A stretch of DNA of 64,000 nucleotides from Octopus sinensis. Its lineage: Eukaryota. The notes beneath the pieces are model-generated. The model made no database searches. It was not told where the DNA came from and saw only the letters and a program-made list of their open reading frames with translations. A program made the position numbers and the translations under genes. The stretch's first letter is position 1. The number at the start of each line of letters is the position of its first letter. Shown in pieces: positions 38,840-50,386 of this stretch. The stretch spans positions 17,794,001-17,858,000 of the forward strand of contig NC_043023.1 of NCBI RefSeq assembly GCF_006345805.1, in the 5' to 3' direction.

Positions 38840-39400
38840 CAGACTCGTTAAAGATGGCTGATGTTGGAATATTGATGTCCAGATATCATTCATATTTGAA
38901 AAGTTCACCTGTTGTTTCAGTACCCAGTCACTTTGCAGTAGCTGATGAGTAAGACAACTCCTTCCTGGACAGAAGCCATTCTGTATGTTAGTGAATAGGT
39001 TTTGTTCTCGAAATGTAATCAACTACTTTCCGACAACGAGTCTCATAACTTGCCTAATATGTGAGATCAGAGAATTATACCTGTAATATTTAGACTTTTC
39101 TCTACCTCCTTCTTCATCAATATAACCTATCTTCTAACACTTTGGAATGTTTGCCAAAATGTACGGAAGCTCTGGAAAAGTATCTGCAGTAGTTCTGGAA
39201 GGGCTTTCTTGCAAATCTTTAAAAGCATTCCTAGAAAACCATTAGAGCCATGACTAAGTTCACATCGAAATAACAGATGTTTACTTTCTGTTCTGTAGGA
39301 ACTTATCAAGCTTGCTTATTTGCATATTTTCTAATGAGGAATTGAAAGCATTTGCGAATTGTTAATTGAGTATTTCGCTTATCCTCCTGGCCATAGGCTG
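38840..39400 (-). mobile_element. CR1-group LINE RT fragment
   Basis: GSNGFLGMLLKICKKALPELLQILFQSF..QNGFCPGRSCLTHQLL..DWVLKQ. Confidence 0.8.
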
Positions 39401-40034
39401 TAGCGCACTAAGGTAATTACTTTTGAAATCTGTAGAAGTCACTAGTGTTCGTTTTTATATTTTCATCTGATTTGGTTTCGCTTTTTCGCAGCTTCTTTTC
39501 ACAAGAGAATCTGATGGTGGTGTTGGTGAAGGGGAGGAGGAGGAGGAGTGGTAGTGACAGACGTCGTCGTCGTACATAGTTTTGAGTCTTAAGACAGAAA
39601 GAATGTGGTAGTGTTGAAGAAAATGTTTCTGTTGCTAATTGTGATAATGATTCTAATGAGGATAATTATGAAGATGATGATTTTCATGTTGACGTTTGTG
39701 CTAGTGAAGTTTCTAATGATGATGATGGAGAATAGGTTAAGATTTGATACATTCACACGCACTCGCACATATACTTAGACATAAATATATAACATATGTA
39801 ACAGCAAAACTGCCATGCTCAAACACTTTTGAAAAATGTTAAACTAACACACTTTTTGCTTTTTGTTACTTGTTTTGCACATAAGCTGGCTGGACATACT
39901 GACACGTTTTTATAAGAATCAGTGAAATACCATTTGAGATATTTAGCTAGAAAGGTAACAGGATGAAATAGTATTGTGTCAGCCACGTCCGACTGAGCAA
40001 GGTTGAGAGGGTTAAGATCATTCAGTCCTTCAGT

Positions 40035-40290
40035 AATGGTACCGAAATTCTTTTTCCATCTTCAAAGTCCATTCAATAACTATCAAGACAATTGTGTATA
40101 AGTTTGAGAAAGATGGAATAGTGGAGAGGAAAGCTACATAAAGAGGTCATAACCTCAAGAAACATCATTTCAATCTGGAGCTGAAGAGATCGATCAGAAG
40201 AGATCCAAATCAATCCATAAGATTATTGGCATCTGGTGACAGAAGACGTAAAAATGAAATCGCATATGAAACGTGTGAGGAGTCTTGATT
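40035..40290 (+). mobile_element. Short mariner-like transposase fragment
   Basis: GIVERK..RGHNLKK..LKRSIRRDPNQSIRLLA..TEDVKMKS. Confidence 0.45.
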
Positions 40291-40320
40291 CTCCAGGACA
40301 AAAGTTTAGAAGATTGGAGG

Positions 40321-42362
40321 GAGTGCGAAGTTCATCTGCGACAAAGTGAAACACAAACTTCGTGTGAGAAGATATTCACCCTGGATATGCGCACAAACTG
40401 ACGCGACAGCTGAGTTCTAGCTTCAGCTCACGAGAAAGCCAAAAGTGTAATTTTAGGGGCAAAAACCTAAGTGATAATTTTCAACTGCATGATCTCTGAT
40501 GGTAAGAGGATGTTCCTTGTCACACAAGTGTAGTGAGACAAATGTTTCCCATGGATGAGTTTGCGAAAAGGTTTTAGGATAAGGGCACTTAGCCTCATTC
40601 ATCACCTGGTTTGAGCATCTGGCATGATCTGGTCATAAAATAAGCTCGTTAGTAGCCCCACACTTACCCAGACGTGGGAATAGGACGTTGATGAGAATTT
40701 TCACAAGAAATCTTGTGGTAAGGTAGGAAAAGGGTTGTTATTGTCTTTGTCAAACAAGGAGTAACTCATGATGCTTAAACAACCAGGTTTTGTGGCCAGA
40801 CTTCTTACTCAATCGTTCAAATATATCTTTAAAACCTTCCATTTAAACTTTATTCCAATGTTCCATGAGCTCCCAATCCTGAGCTATGTTAAAACATAGA
40901 ATTTCATCTTCACCAATTCATTCATGATTATTCATGAGAGCTTGGAGAGGAACTCACATTTCGTCTTGCTCAAAATAGGGTCCATTTGTGTTAGAAAAGC
41001 CGCTGATAGTTCTATTACCTTTAGGTGATACTGAGACACATCGTTCCGAAGTTGTATCTAAAATTTGGACACTTTTTTCTGATATGCTCGGTAACTGTAC
41101 ATCCATACACAAAAACATATGAAGATTAAAAGATAAACTTAGAAAACTAGAATAAAGAAGTAAAGAACGAGAAAAATGATGGAATATAGTTGAATAATGA
41201 GAATTTGAATATTAGATAAACGGATGTTTAGAAACAAGAACATGATTACCTATACATAAGAAGTAAGTAAAAAAGAAGCTCATTCATCCACACACCTACA
41301 CTTTCACAAACACGCATTCACACATACACTCAGCAAAAACTATGGAGAGAGTGCACGGGTGTTAGATAGATGCACTCTAGAAAGAGAGATAGAAAAAACA
41401 AAGTTGGAGAAGATATTAACAATGTAGATATATGGGGAAATAGATGGTACGAACAAAAGCGACCCAACTCACAGATATTTTAAATTCGGAAGGTTTTCGA
41501 AGGTACCGCGTTGAATATACGTGATATTATTGTCATTCAAATATCTGTAACATAAAACGGAGTTCATAACAAACATATAGAAAAGATTAGTGACAAAATG
41601 TTCAATATTATGGCGAAACAAATTGATATAATTAAGAAATTTAAATGGAGATGATGATTAGAGAGAGTGCGAAGTCCATCTGCGACAAAGTGAAACACAA
41701 CCTTCGAGTGTGAAGATATTCACCCAGGATATGCGCACAAACTGACGCGACATCTGAGTTCTGGCTTCAGCTCACGAGAAAGCCAAAAGTGTAATTTTAG
41801 GGGCAAAAACCTAAGTGATAATTATCAGCTGCATGATCTCTGATGGTAAGAGGATGTTCCTTGTCACACAAGTGTAGTGAGACAAATGTTTCCCGTGGAT
41901 GAGTTTGCGAAAAGGGTTTATGATAAGGACATTTGGCCTCATTCATCCCCTGGTTTGAGCCCTTTAGACGTCAGCATCTGGCATGAACTGATCGTACAAA
42001 AGTTTGTGAGTAGCCCTACACCTATCTGAAACCCCTCGAAACCTCCATTCTTAGGACGTGGGAATAGGACATTGACGAGACTTTCCGTAAGAAATCTTGC
42101 GATAAGGCAGGAAAAGGGTTGATAAAGTCTTTGGCAAACAAGGAGTAACTCATGATGCCTAAAAACCAGAGGTTTGGCCAGAATTCTTACTCAATGTTTC
42201 AAATATAACTTTAAAACCTTTCATTTGAAATGTATTCCAATGTTTCATGAGCTCCCAATCCTGAGCTATGTTAAAACATATAATTTCATCTTCGCCAATT
42301 CATTCATGATTATTCATGAGAGGTGGGAGAGGAACTCACATTTCGTCTGGCTCAAAATAGGG
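40321..42362. repeat. Pair of ~660-700-bp direct repeats (40321-40980, 41665-42362) flanking an LRR exon
   Basis: Both start GAGTGCGAAG and end CAAAATAGGG; roughly 85-90% identical by eye; unclassified. Confidence 0.85.
41473..41544 (-). CDS. 72-nt LRR exon
   Basis: gttacAG acceptor and GTGAGT donor; phase 2-2; YLNDNNITYIQRGTFENLPNLKYL. Confidence 0.9.
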
Positions 42363-43384
42363 GATTCGAGGGGATTCAGAGAGTCAGATTTTATCTTCCT
42401 TTGTGCAGAATCTGATCTCTACCATCCCATATCCCCTTCCTTTCTGTAACTATTGCTATGGATTTCAGCCCTTTGTATTTGAACTTCTTAGATATTTCTA
42501 CCCATCTTGATTCTAATCCGATTCTACGGTACGTCACTGTGCAACTTAGCGTAACCTGGATAATTTCAAAGGGGTATTTAGCGTTACAGCAAGACTTCTC
42601 TCTCGGTTAGCTGCCTGGCATATTTATGTTCCCTTTCACAGATTTGTACTGTCTGAAGAGATGACTTGGTACCTCCAGCCAAGGAAAGTTTCGAGTTACT
42701 CCAAGTCGTTGCAACAGCTTTTTTTCTCAGTTCCTTCGTTGTTTTTATCGTTGTTTTTGCTGTTGCCACTTCTGCTATTGTTGCTGTTGTTCTCGCTGTT
42801 GTTGTTGTTGTGGTTACTTGTACTCGCATCGTCCATCGCTTCACTCACGAAAGGGCCTACAATGATTACATTTTCGAAATTGCTGCTTTCATTTTGAGTA
42901 ATGTTGTCGAAAATGAAATATTTGTTTTTCCTAAAGTTCCTTTAAGAGATCTTTCTCGAAAAGAATTCGCCCTTCTTGCCTTTTTACCTTTTTTTTAAAA
43001 CCAAAATACAGGTGCAATCTGTTTTTCTTTCCTAACGCGCCATCGTTTGCCACTCTTGCACTCTCTCTCTCTTATTGACGTTTGGTGATGCTCCTCACTC
43101 GCATCCCTTTTCTCACAAATGAGTGTCGCCGTGTTTTGTTTTGCTTTCTCCATCTTGATAGATTAAACGCAAACAAATTTGACTGGAAAACAAAATCAAC
43201 CGGTTCGTCCCCACAAAATGGCAGAGAAAGAAGAAAAATAAACTCACCACTCGACAGCAATTTCCACGACAGTACAAACTTGATGGGTGCAAATACACGT
43301 ATTATGTGTTTTTATTTACAAATTTCATAATCATGTCAAGCGAGGCTTGTCAGTTTGACGTCATTATTATTATTATTATTATCA

Positions 43385-44080
43385 TTGTCATTTACTTTTA
43401 ATCTGCATGTTTGATGCAATCACCTGCCGGGGCACACCCAGCGCCCTAGGGCAAGTGAAGGTTAAGAGTTGTTGAAATATAGCTGAAAGCTTGGGGAGGG
43501 GAAGTAGATATATCTTCATGTAATGCAAACACAAACATTTACATTGATAGGGTTTTTCTAAGGATGTGGGCAGTACTTGTTAGCACAATCTTTTGGATTT
43601 CCTTGAGACATGGTTTTCCAGGGATATTGTCTAGGTGTTTCTGACATCCCTTTTTTATCATACCTAGGGCACCTACAATAACAGGAACAGTTTTTGTTTT
43701 AAGATTCCACATCCTCTGTATTTCGATTTCCAGGTCCTTATATTTACTAAGTTTGTCAAATTCCTTGACAGATACATTTTTATCAGTGGGGACGCTTACT
43801 TCTATTAGTCTGCAGGTATTTTCTTCCCTATCTTTAACAATTATGTCTGGTCGATTAGCTTTGATCGTTCTGTCAGTGTTGACTGGAAAATCCCAGAGGA
43901 TGGTGACATCTTTACCTTCAACAACTGGCTGAGGATGGTGTTCATACCAGTTAGCAGGAGTGTCGGATTTGTAGTGTTTACATATCTTCCAATGTATATA
44001 CTGTCCTACCCTATCGTGGCGATTTTTGTATTCGTTTGGTGTCAGCACAGGACATCCCGAAACGAGATGGTCTATCGTTT
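43385..44080 (-). mobile_element. 5'-truncated R4/Dong-type non-LTR element with intact restriction-like endonuclease domain
   Basis: TIDHLVSGCPVL..RHD..NRPDIIVKD..IEVSVP..KLSKYKDL..GALG; (TAA)n on both sides. Confidence 0.9.
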
Positions 44081-44121
44081 TATTATTATTATTATTATTA
44101 TTATTATCATTATTATTATTA

Positions 44122-44167
<46 letters not shown>

Positions 44168-44197
44168 TATTGTTATTATTATGAATAATAAAAATTA

Positions 44198-44264
<67 letters not shown>

Positions 44265-45012
44265 TTCTTTTATTTGTCACCAGAGTGAAGGATGAAGGGG
44301 ACAATACAAAGACAGACATAAAGTGTGGAGGTTTACAGAAAATGGATTGAGAAAATGAAAAGTATACACGGTATGCATTAGAAGAAAGGAAATATACATA
44401 GTATGTGACACTAGAAAAAGATGTTTAGTAGCGCGGAAGTACGACGACGTCCTCGAGGGGGGGGACTAAGCGTCGATGAAGATGAACTGGCAAGTCTATT
44501 CCGGAGGACTTTCCGGTCGGATACTGTTATGAATAATTTCCAGATGTCTTTGGCTGGTAGTGCTACCGGGGGGGGGGCTCTACCTGATCGAAATAAATTT
44601 TACATGCATGGATGTGTTGTTAGACATACTTTGTCCGAAGTGCTCGCAGAGGGATGAAACCGTTCTGCATGCAGCCCTCGTTTAGTGTCCGGACATTGCT
44701 GACTTGTGGAGTTGTATCGAGCAGCTGCCGTCGCGTGTAGGACAGATCCGTCTGTCGTCCGAGTCCATAATGACGATGGCCCCGCCGCCCTCCTTTAATT
44801 GGGCTGGCAAGGCTGTGCTCCTTTGTTTGGTGGCTGTCACGAAAGAAGTTATATGGTGGACGAGGCTGATGGGATTGAGGACGGAAACTTACCTCTTTGG
44901 TAAAGACCTACAGGCAAGTAGGGTGGTGAGGGAGGTGCTGGTCTCGAGTGAATTTATGAAAAGGTGGGTGAAAGTTGCGAAAATGGCAAGAGTAGATAGT
45001 CCCAGAATGTAG
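44265..45012. mobile_element. Tx1-clade insertion with 5' inversion
   Basis: 44265-44410 is the 3' UTR on the minus strand (matches 4660-4790) ending in (ATT)n; 44420-45012 is the ORF2 C-terminus on the plus strand (CPKCSQRDETVLH..KAVLLCLVAVTKEVIWWTR). Confidence 0.75.
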
Positions 45013-45039
45013 ACCTGTGAGTCGGAAGAAGGAAGGTGA

Positions 45040-45900
45040 AATTGGCTCCTTTCACACCAAACACATAAAATAAACATACCCTTTAACCTAGCGAAAATAA
45101 TCTGCACCCTAGTTTCCGGTACATACACTCGTGAACATAGACTCCTTGAAATTAGATCTACACTAACTAAAAGACACTACCCAATCACATTAGTAAATGA
45201 AGGCATCAAAAGAGCTCAGGAAATAGATATACAAATGTTAAGGAAAACTAGCCGAAATACTAAACAGGACTTAAAAATACTCCTGTACATTTCCCCACAT
45301 AACCCTAGAAACAACTAAGCCTTCAACTTCATCACCCAAAATCTTCCCATCCTCACAGCAGACAAAACAATGAACGAAATTTTAAGCTCATATAAAATTA
45401 TAAAAAGCAAAAAGCAACCGAAGTCACTGAAAAATTATTAACCAGCCCTAGACTGTATCCACTAACAACAGAGCCAAACGTGACAAAATGTGGACGTTCT
45501 AACTGTGGAACATGCCTCACCTTCTGGAGGGTTCAGAATTCCAATTCAAACAAGGAGAAATATTTAAGATCAAATCAAATTTCACCTGCGCCTCAGTAAA
45601 TGTAATCCATGACATGACATGCATAGGATGTGGTAAACTCTATATTGGACAAAGAGGAATTTCGCTCCGTCAAAGAATCACCATTCACAAAGAGCAAATC
45701 CGTCACCCACAATACAGACAGTTAAAGGTGAGTGAACACATAGGAGGTGTGCCAGGAATCTTAATCCCAATTCCCAAATATTCCCCTTTTACCAATGTTC
45801 ACAGAACATCACAATGTAACAAAGGTTGAATACAGAGGCATTTTTCATCAATAAATTTCTCCCCCAACTAAATATCAACACACAACTCAATACAGAACAC
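45040..45900 (+). mobile_element. Degenerate Penelope/Poseidon 3' fragment
   Basis: Homologous to 19040-19860: NIPFNLAKIICT..CGRSNCGTC..LYIGQ. Confidence 0.8.
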
Positions 45901-46320
45901 CACCAATTCTTCAATTGAAACCACTAACCCCTATACACCCCCTACACCACTGACATCTCTAAATCCAGAACTACTTACCTCCCTTACAAATAATACAGAA
46001 CTACTTACCTCTCTTACAAATAATCTTTTTTCTCAGGACCTATTAGACCTGACACCGTGTATTAGTCGGAGTTTTTCAAGCGATGAATAGCTTTGCGTAA
46101 ACCATAGTTCGCTTTGTTCTCTTACTTTATTATCATCTTATAATCATCTCATAATAATGACTTTTATGAATCTTATCACTACCTCAGTCAATCTAAATGT
46201 ATATATTTGTCGTTACCTGTCATAAAAAACCTTTTTTATTTGCAATGTGCATTTTCGTTGATTTTTCATATTTTACCCTTACTCACGTGTATTTTATATT
46301 TTCTTTTTGTAACATATTTC

Positions 46321-46390
<70 letters not shown>

Positions 46391-46582
46391 TGAGTGTATT
46401 TTTACCTTGTTAACAATTAACACGGGATAAATGAATAGTTACCAGGGTAGCAAAAATCTCACAAGTAAAGTGGTTATAACTCCTTGTTTATAAAGGTAGA
46501 AATTTCATGTTTACGTGCAATTGTTTGTATAATATATGAATAAATAAATGGAGTTTAACGCAGGTATAAATCAAATATTTTT

Positions 46583-46668
46583 ACCTTCGACACATGTTTC
46601 GAAAATTCCACTGATAACATTGAAAAGGATAAACGGTATAAATAATGCAATTTTTTCTTCAGGAAAGT
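46583..46668 (-). ncRNA. Hammerhead motif in the sense pseudo-LTR, first helix II pair mismatched
   Basis: ACTTTC CTGAAGA AAAAATT..AATTTTC GAAA CATGTG TC GAAGGT. Confidence 0.5.
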
Positions 46669-48307
46669 GAAAAAACGAAACTCGTCAACACGAAATTTTA
46701 GCAAAAAATGATGCATTCGTATAGCAATGAACTGAATGCTATTAATATTATTTTTAAAAAACGTTATATGATATAACGTCAGAAGTAGCTTACAGAAAGA
46801 GCAGGGATATTAATAGTGAAGGTTAAATATAAAGGAAATTAAAGTTTAAATTATATATAATGATAGAGACTACTTATATGCACTAAAGGTGCCAATGTTT
46901 ACATCTGTATGCTCGCTCTATAACCGTGTTTACCAGGGGATTTTTAGAAAAAATAACGAAAAATAGCTCAGAATTACAGAAAAGACAGAATTCCTTGCCT
47001 TTGTCATAAGGTATCGAGATTGAGAGAATCAACCATTCTAAATGAAATTGTTCATTGTGGTCTTTTAGATCCCAAATTTGTTTGTCGAGACCGGCACTAT
47101 TACGTTTATGTCTATCTCTAAATGTTGAGTAATGGATAGAAATTCTTTTAGATAACTCTAATGATGTAAAATCGTACTTAATTACGAGTACTGATTATAC
47201 ACTGCTATATAGAATTTTTAATCTTAAAGTTACTTGACATAAACATAATTCTATTGGAATTGACTTCGGATACAATAACCTTGTTATTAATATTCCTAGA
47301 GGGTTGGATAATATTAGCTAAATTAATGTTAATATTAGTAAATGTATTAATATTGAACAGTTTGTTATTATGTGAAGAGATAATTTGTAAGAGATTTTTT
47401 GTGTTGGAAAACCGATCCTAACCGTATGCGAATTGATAATAGAGTAATACCTAGAATTTTTTGGAAAATTCCTAACGATAGCTTGATGAAACCGCAGTGG
47501 GAGACTAGATTTAATTTGTCTCCCGTACGGAATTATTAACCAAATATTTTTACTAGTATTTATAGCGTAATTGTTTTTGAAAGTGTTATATTTACTTTTA
47601 GAACGATACTAGGGGATTAAATATCACCCTTCATTCGCTTTGTAGCGGTACATAAGTTATGATTGTTATCAATAATTCTTTTACGACTAGAAATCTTATC
47701 TACATTATTGAATTTACAATTTGACTGAGTAGAATCAATATAGAAAATTTTCTCTGTATAACCTGCTTTAATTAAGGCAGAGTTATAGAATTCAGCATTA
47801 TCATTGAAAATATAAACATTAGCAGATAATTTAGATAATCTAAATGAAATATTCTTAACTAAGTTCTTAGTAATTGCTCTAGGATGATTACTAAATTTGC
47901 TAATGTACTTAAGATTGGTCAACGGTTTACGAGTCACTGTGTAAATTAAGTGTAATATCCAAAAAGTTGGCCTTCGTCATATCGTCATCAAAAACGATTT
48001 TAAGCCCATTCTACTGACAAATTTAACTAAACTATTCTTAACCTTTTGTACCGTTTGGTTGGAAAACATTTTGGAGGTAAAGCAAACACACCTTTAGTGC
48101 ATATAAGTAGTCTCTATCGTTATATATAATTTAAACTTTAATTTCCTTTATATTTAACCTTCACTAATATCCCTGCTCTTTCTGTAAGCAACTTCTGACG
48201 TTATATCATGCAACGTTTTTTTAAATACTATTAATAGCGATTAGTTAATTGCTATACAAATCCATAATTATTTGCTAAAATGTCGTATTGACGAATTTCG
48301 TTTTTTC

Positions 48308-48393
48308 ACTTTCCTGAATAGAAAATTGCATTGTTTGTAATGTGTATCCTTTTGAATGTTATCAGTGGAATTTTCGAAACATGTGTCGAAAGT
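48308..48393 (+). ncRNA. Hammerhead motif in the inverted pseudo-LTR, G8 mutated
   Basis: ACTTTC CTGAATA GAAAATT..AATTTTC GAAA CATGTG TC GAAAGT. Confidence 0.5.
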
Positions 48394-48434
48394 AAAAATA
48401 TTTGATTTACACTGCGTTAAACTCCATTTATTTA

Positions 48435-48492
<58 letters not shown>

Positions 48493-48867
48493 AACTCATC
48501 AACTCATGTATACAGTAAATATTAAAAATTAGCGTATGAATAATTTAGTTCTGAATAAGCAGCTACAACGCTTATACAAGGATGTTATTTAGCGTCCATC
48601 TAGAAATAAAGTTCGTACGTGTCAATATTCTCGCATAGCAAGAGATATACATATGCATGCAGTCAGTGTTTTCCCTGATGTATCATGCTCTCATATATCC
48701 CATTTCACAGAAATGGGCCCACAATCACAATCACGGACATTCATAAACAATGAAATACATCTTTGGAAAGACGGAATTGGGAGCTTAAATGGAAGGATGA
48801 GAAGGTGTTGCATATTTAGGATGATACCGTCAATGAAATACTAGAAAAGAACATTGATTCAACTTAC

Positions 48868-48939
48868 AGTTGTGATAACCTGGAAAGATTACTGAAGGTT
48901 CCTATTTTGATTTCCTGGAGTTTATTTCCCCCCAAAGAC
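48868..48939 (-). CDS. 72-nt LRR exon
   Basis: gttccAG acceptor and GTAAGT donor; phase 2-2; SLGGNKLQEIKIGTFSNLSRLSQL. Confidence 0.9.
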
Positions 48940-49049
48940 CTGGAACATAAAATTGAGGAAAGAAGAAATTTTATGTAACAGATTTGACAAAATTTATAAT
49001 ATTATGGCTTATCAATTAGATAAAGGTAGAGAGGGAAAAGAAATTACGA

Positions 49050-50290
49050 TCATGATGAACTTGATAATGATGATGATGATGGTGATAATGTTGCGGAGAA
49101 GTGATTAATATGATGATTAGGTAGAAGTGAAGAAAATATGGCGTTAGTTTTGATGACGAAGATGTTATGTTGTTGAATGGGGGTGATGTTGTTAATGTTG
49201 ATTACTCTTTTAATGATGGTGATTAGCATGTTTATAGTGATAAGGAGTATGACATTGGTGCTGATGATGTTGGTGGTGATATTTCTCTTGGTGTTGATGA
49301 CGATGATGTTGAAGATTTTGTATCTGATCGCCATGTTTCATGGTAATGAATGATGTTGATAATGAAGAGAACGATGAAGAACTTGATGATGTTGAAGATT
49401 GAGGAAGATAAAAATGAAGACAACAATGATGACAGTGATGACAAGAAGGACGAAGACGTCAATAATGAGAGTGGTGGGATTGGGGGTGATAAAAATTTTA
49501 GAGATATTAAGTGAATGGGGAAACTTGTAAATTATGAAGAAAGCATGTAAAACAGAAAGTGAAAAGCACAGCAAACGGAAAGAAGGTAACGAGAGAAGAG
49601 GAAGGAGAACAAGAACAAGAACAGGAAGAACAAGAGAAAGGAGAGGAAGGGTAGGAAGAATAAGAAAAAGAATAAGAGGAAGAAGAAGGAGAGTGGTGGG
49701 AGAAGAAGAAGAGAAAGAAGGAGAAGAGAAAGAAGGAGAAGAGGAAGAAGAAGAAGAAGGGGAAGAAGAAGAAGAGAAAGAAGGGGAAGGAGAATAAGAA
49801 CAAGAACATGAAGAACAAGAGGAAGAGGGGGAAGGGTAGGAAGAATAAGATAAAGAAGAAGAGGAAGAAGAAGGAGAAGAAGAAGAAGGAGAAGAAGAGA
49901 AAGAAGGAGAGGAGAGGAAGGAAAAGAGGAAGAAAGAGAGGTGGTAGGAGAAGAAGAAGAAGAAGAAGAGGAGGAGGGGAAGAAGAAGAAGAAGAGGAAC
50001 AGCAACAACAAACGAAGAGGAAGGAGAAAAAGAATAGGAAGAAGAAGGGGAAGTGGAAGAAGATGAAGTAGAAAAAGAAGAAGAAGAGGAAGAACAGCAA
50101 CAACAAAAGAAGGGGAAGAAGAAAAAGAAGAGGAAGAAGAAGAGGAAGTGGAAAAAGACGAAGTAGAAGAAGAAGAATGAGAGGAAGTAGAAGGAGAAGA
50201 AGAAGAAGGAGAAGAAGAAGAAGAAGAAGAAGAAGAAGGAGAAGAAGAAGAAGAGAAGAAGAAGAGGGAGAAGAGGAAGAAGAAGATAAC
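49050..50290. repeat. Cryptic (GAT)-rich tract followed by a long (GAA/GGA) purine tract
   Basis: Low-complexity sequence; source of the poly-L/S/F and poly-K/E ORFs in the track. Confidence 0.9.
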
Positions 50291-50386
50291 AAAAGAATGT
50301 GTTTAAAAATTAGAGAATGAATTATGTAGTTCTAAATATACTTGCATTAGGGAAAGTCTGGAATGTCAATCAGTTTTGATCTAGAG

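Larger units (their letters stand above)
46533..48444 (-). mobile_element. Half-RT Penelope-like element flanked by ~360-bp inverted pseudo-LTRs
   Basis: Arms 46533-46891 and 48089-48444 are reverse complements; internal LKYISKFSNHP..RLSKLSAN and YDKGKEFCLFCNSE match the 13705-15720 family. Confidence 0.85.

Noticed and set aside
41019-41094. AG/GT-bounded stretch as an extra exon
   Set aside because: No LRR consensus, and its length does not preserve the phase-2 chain.
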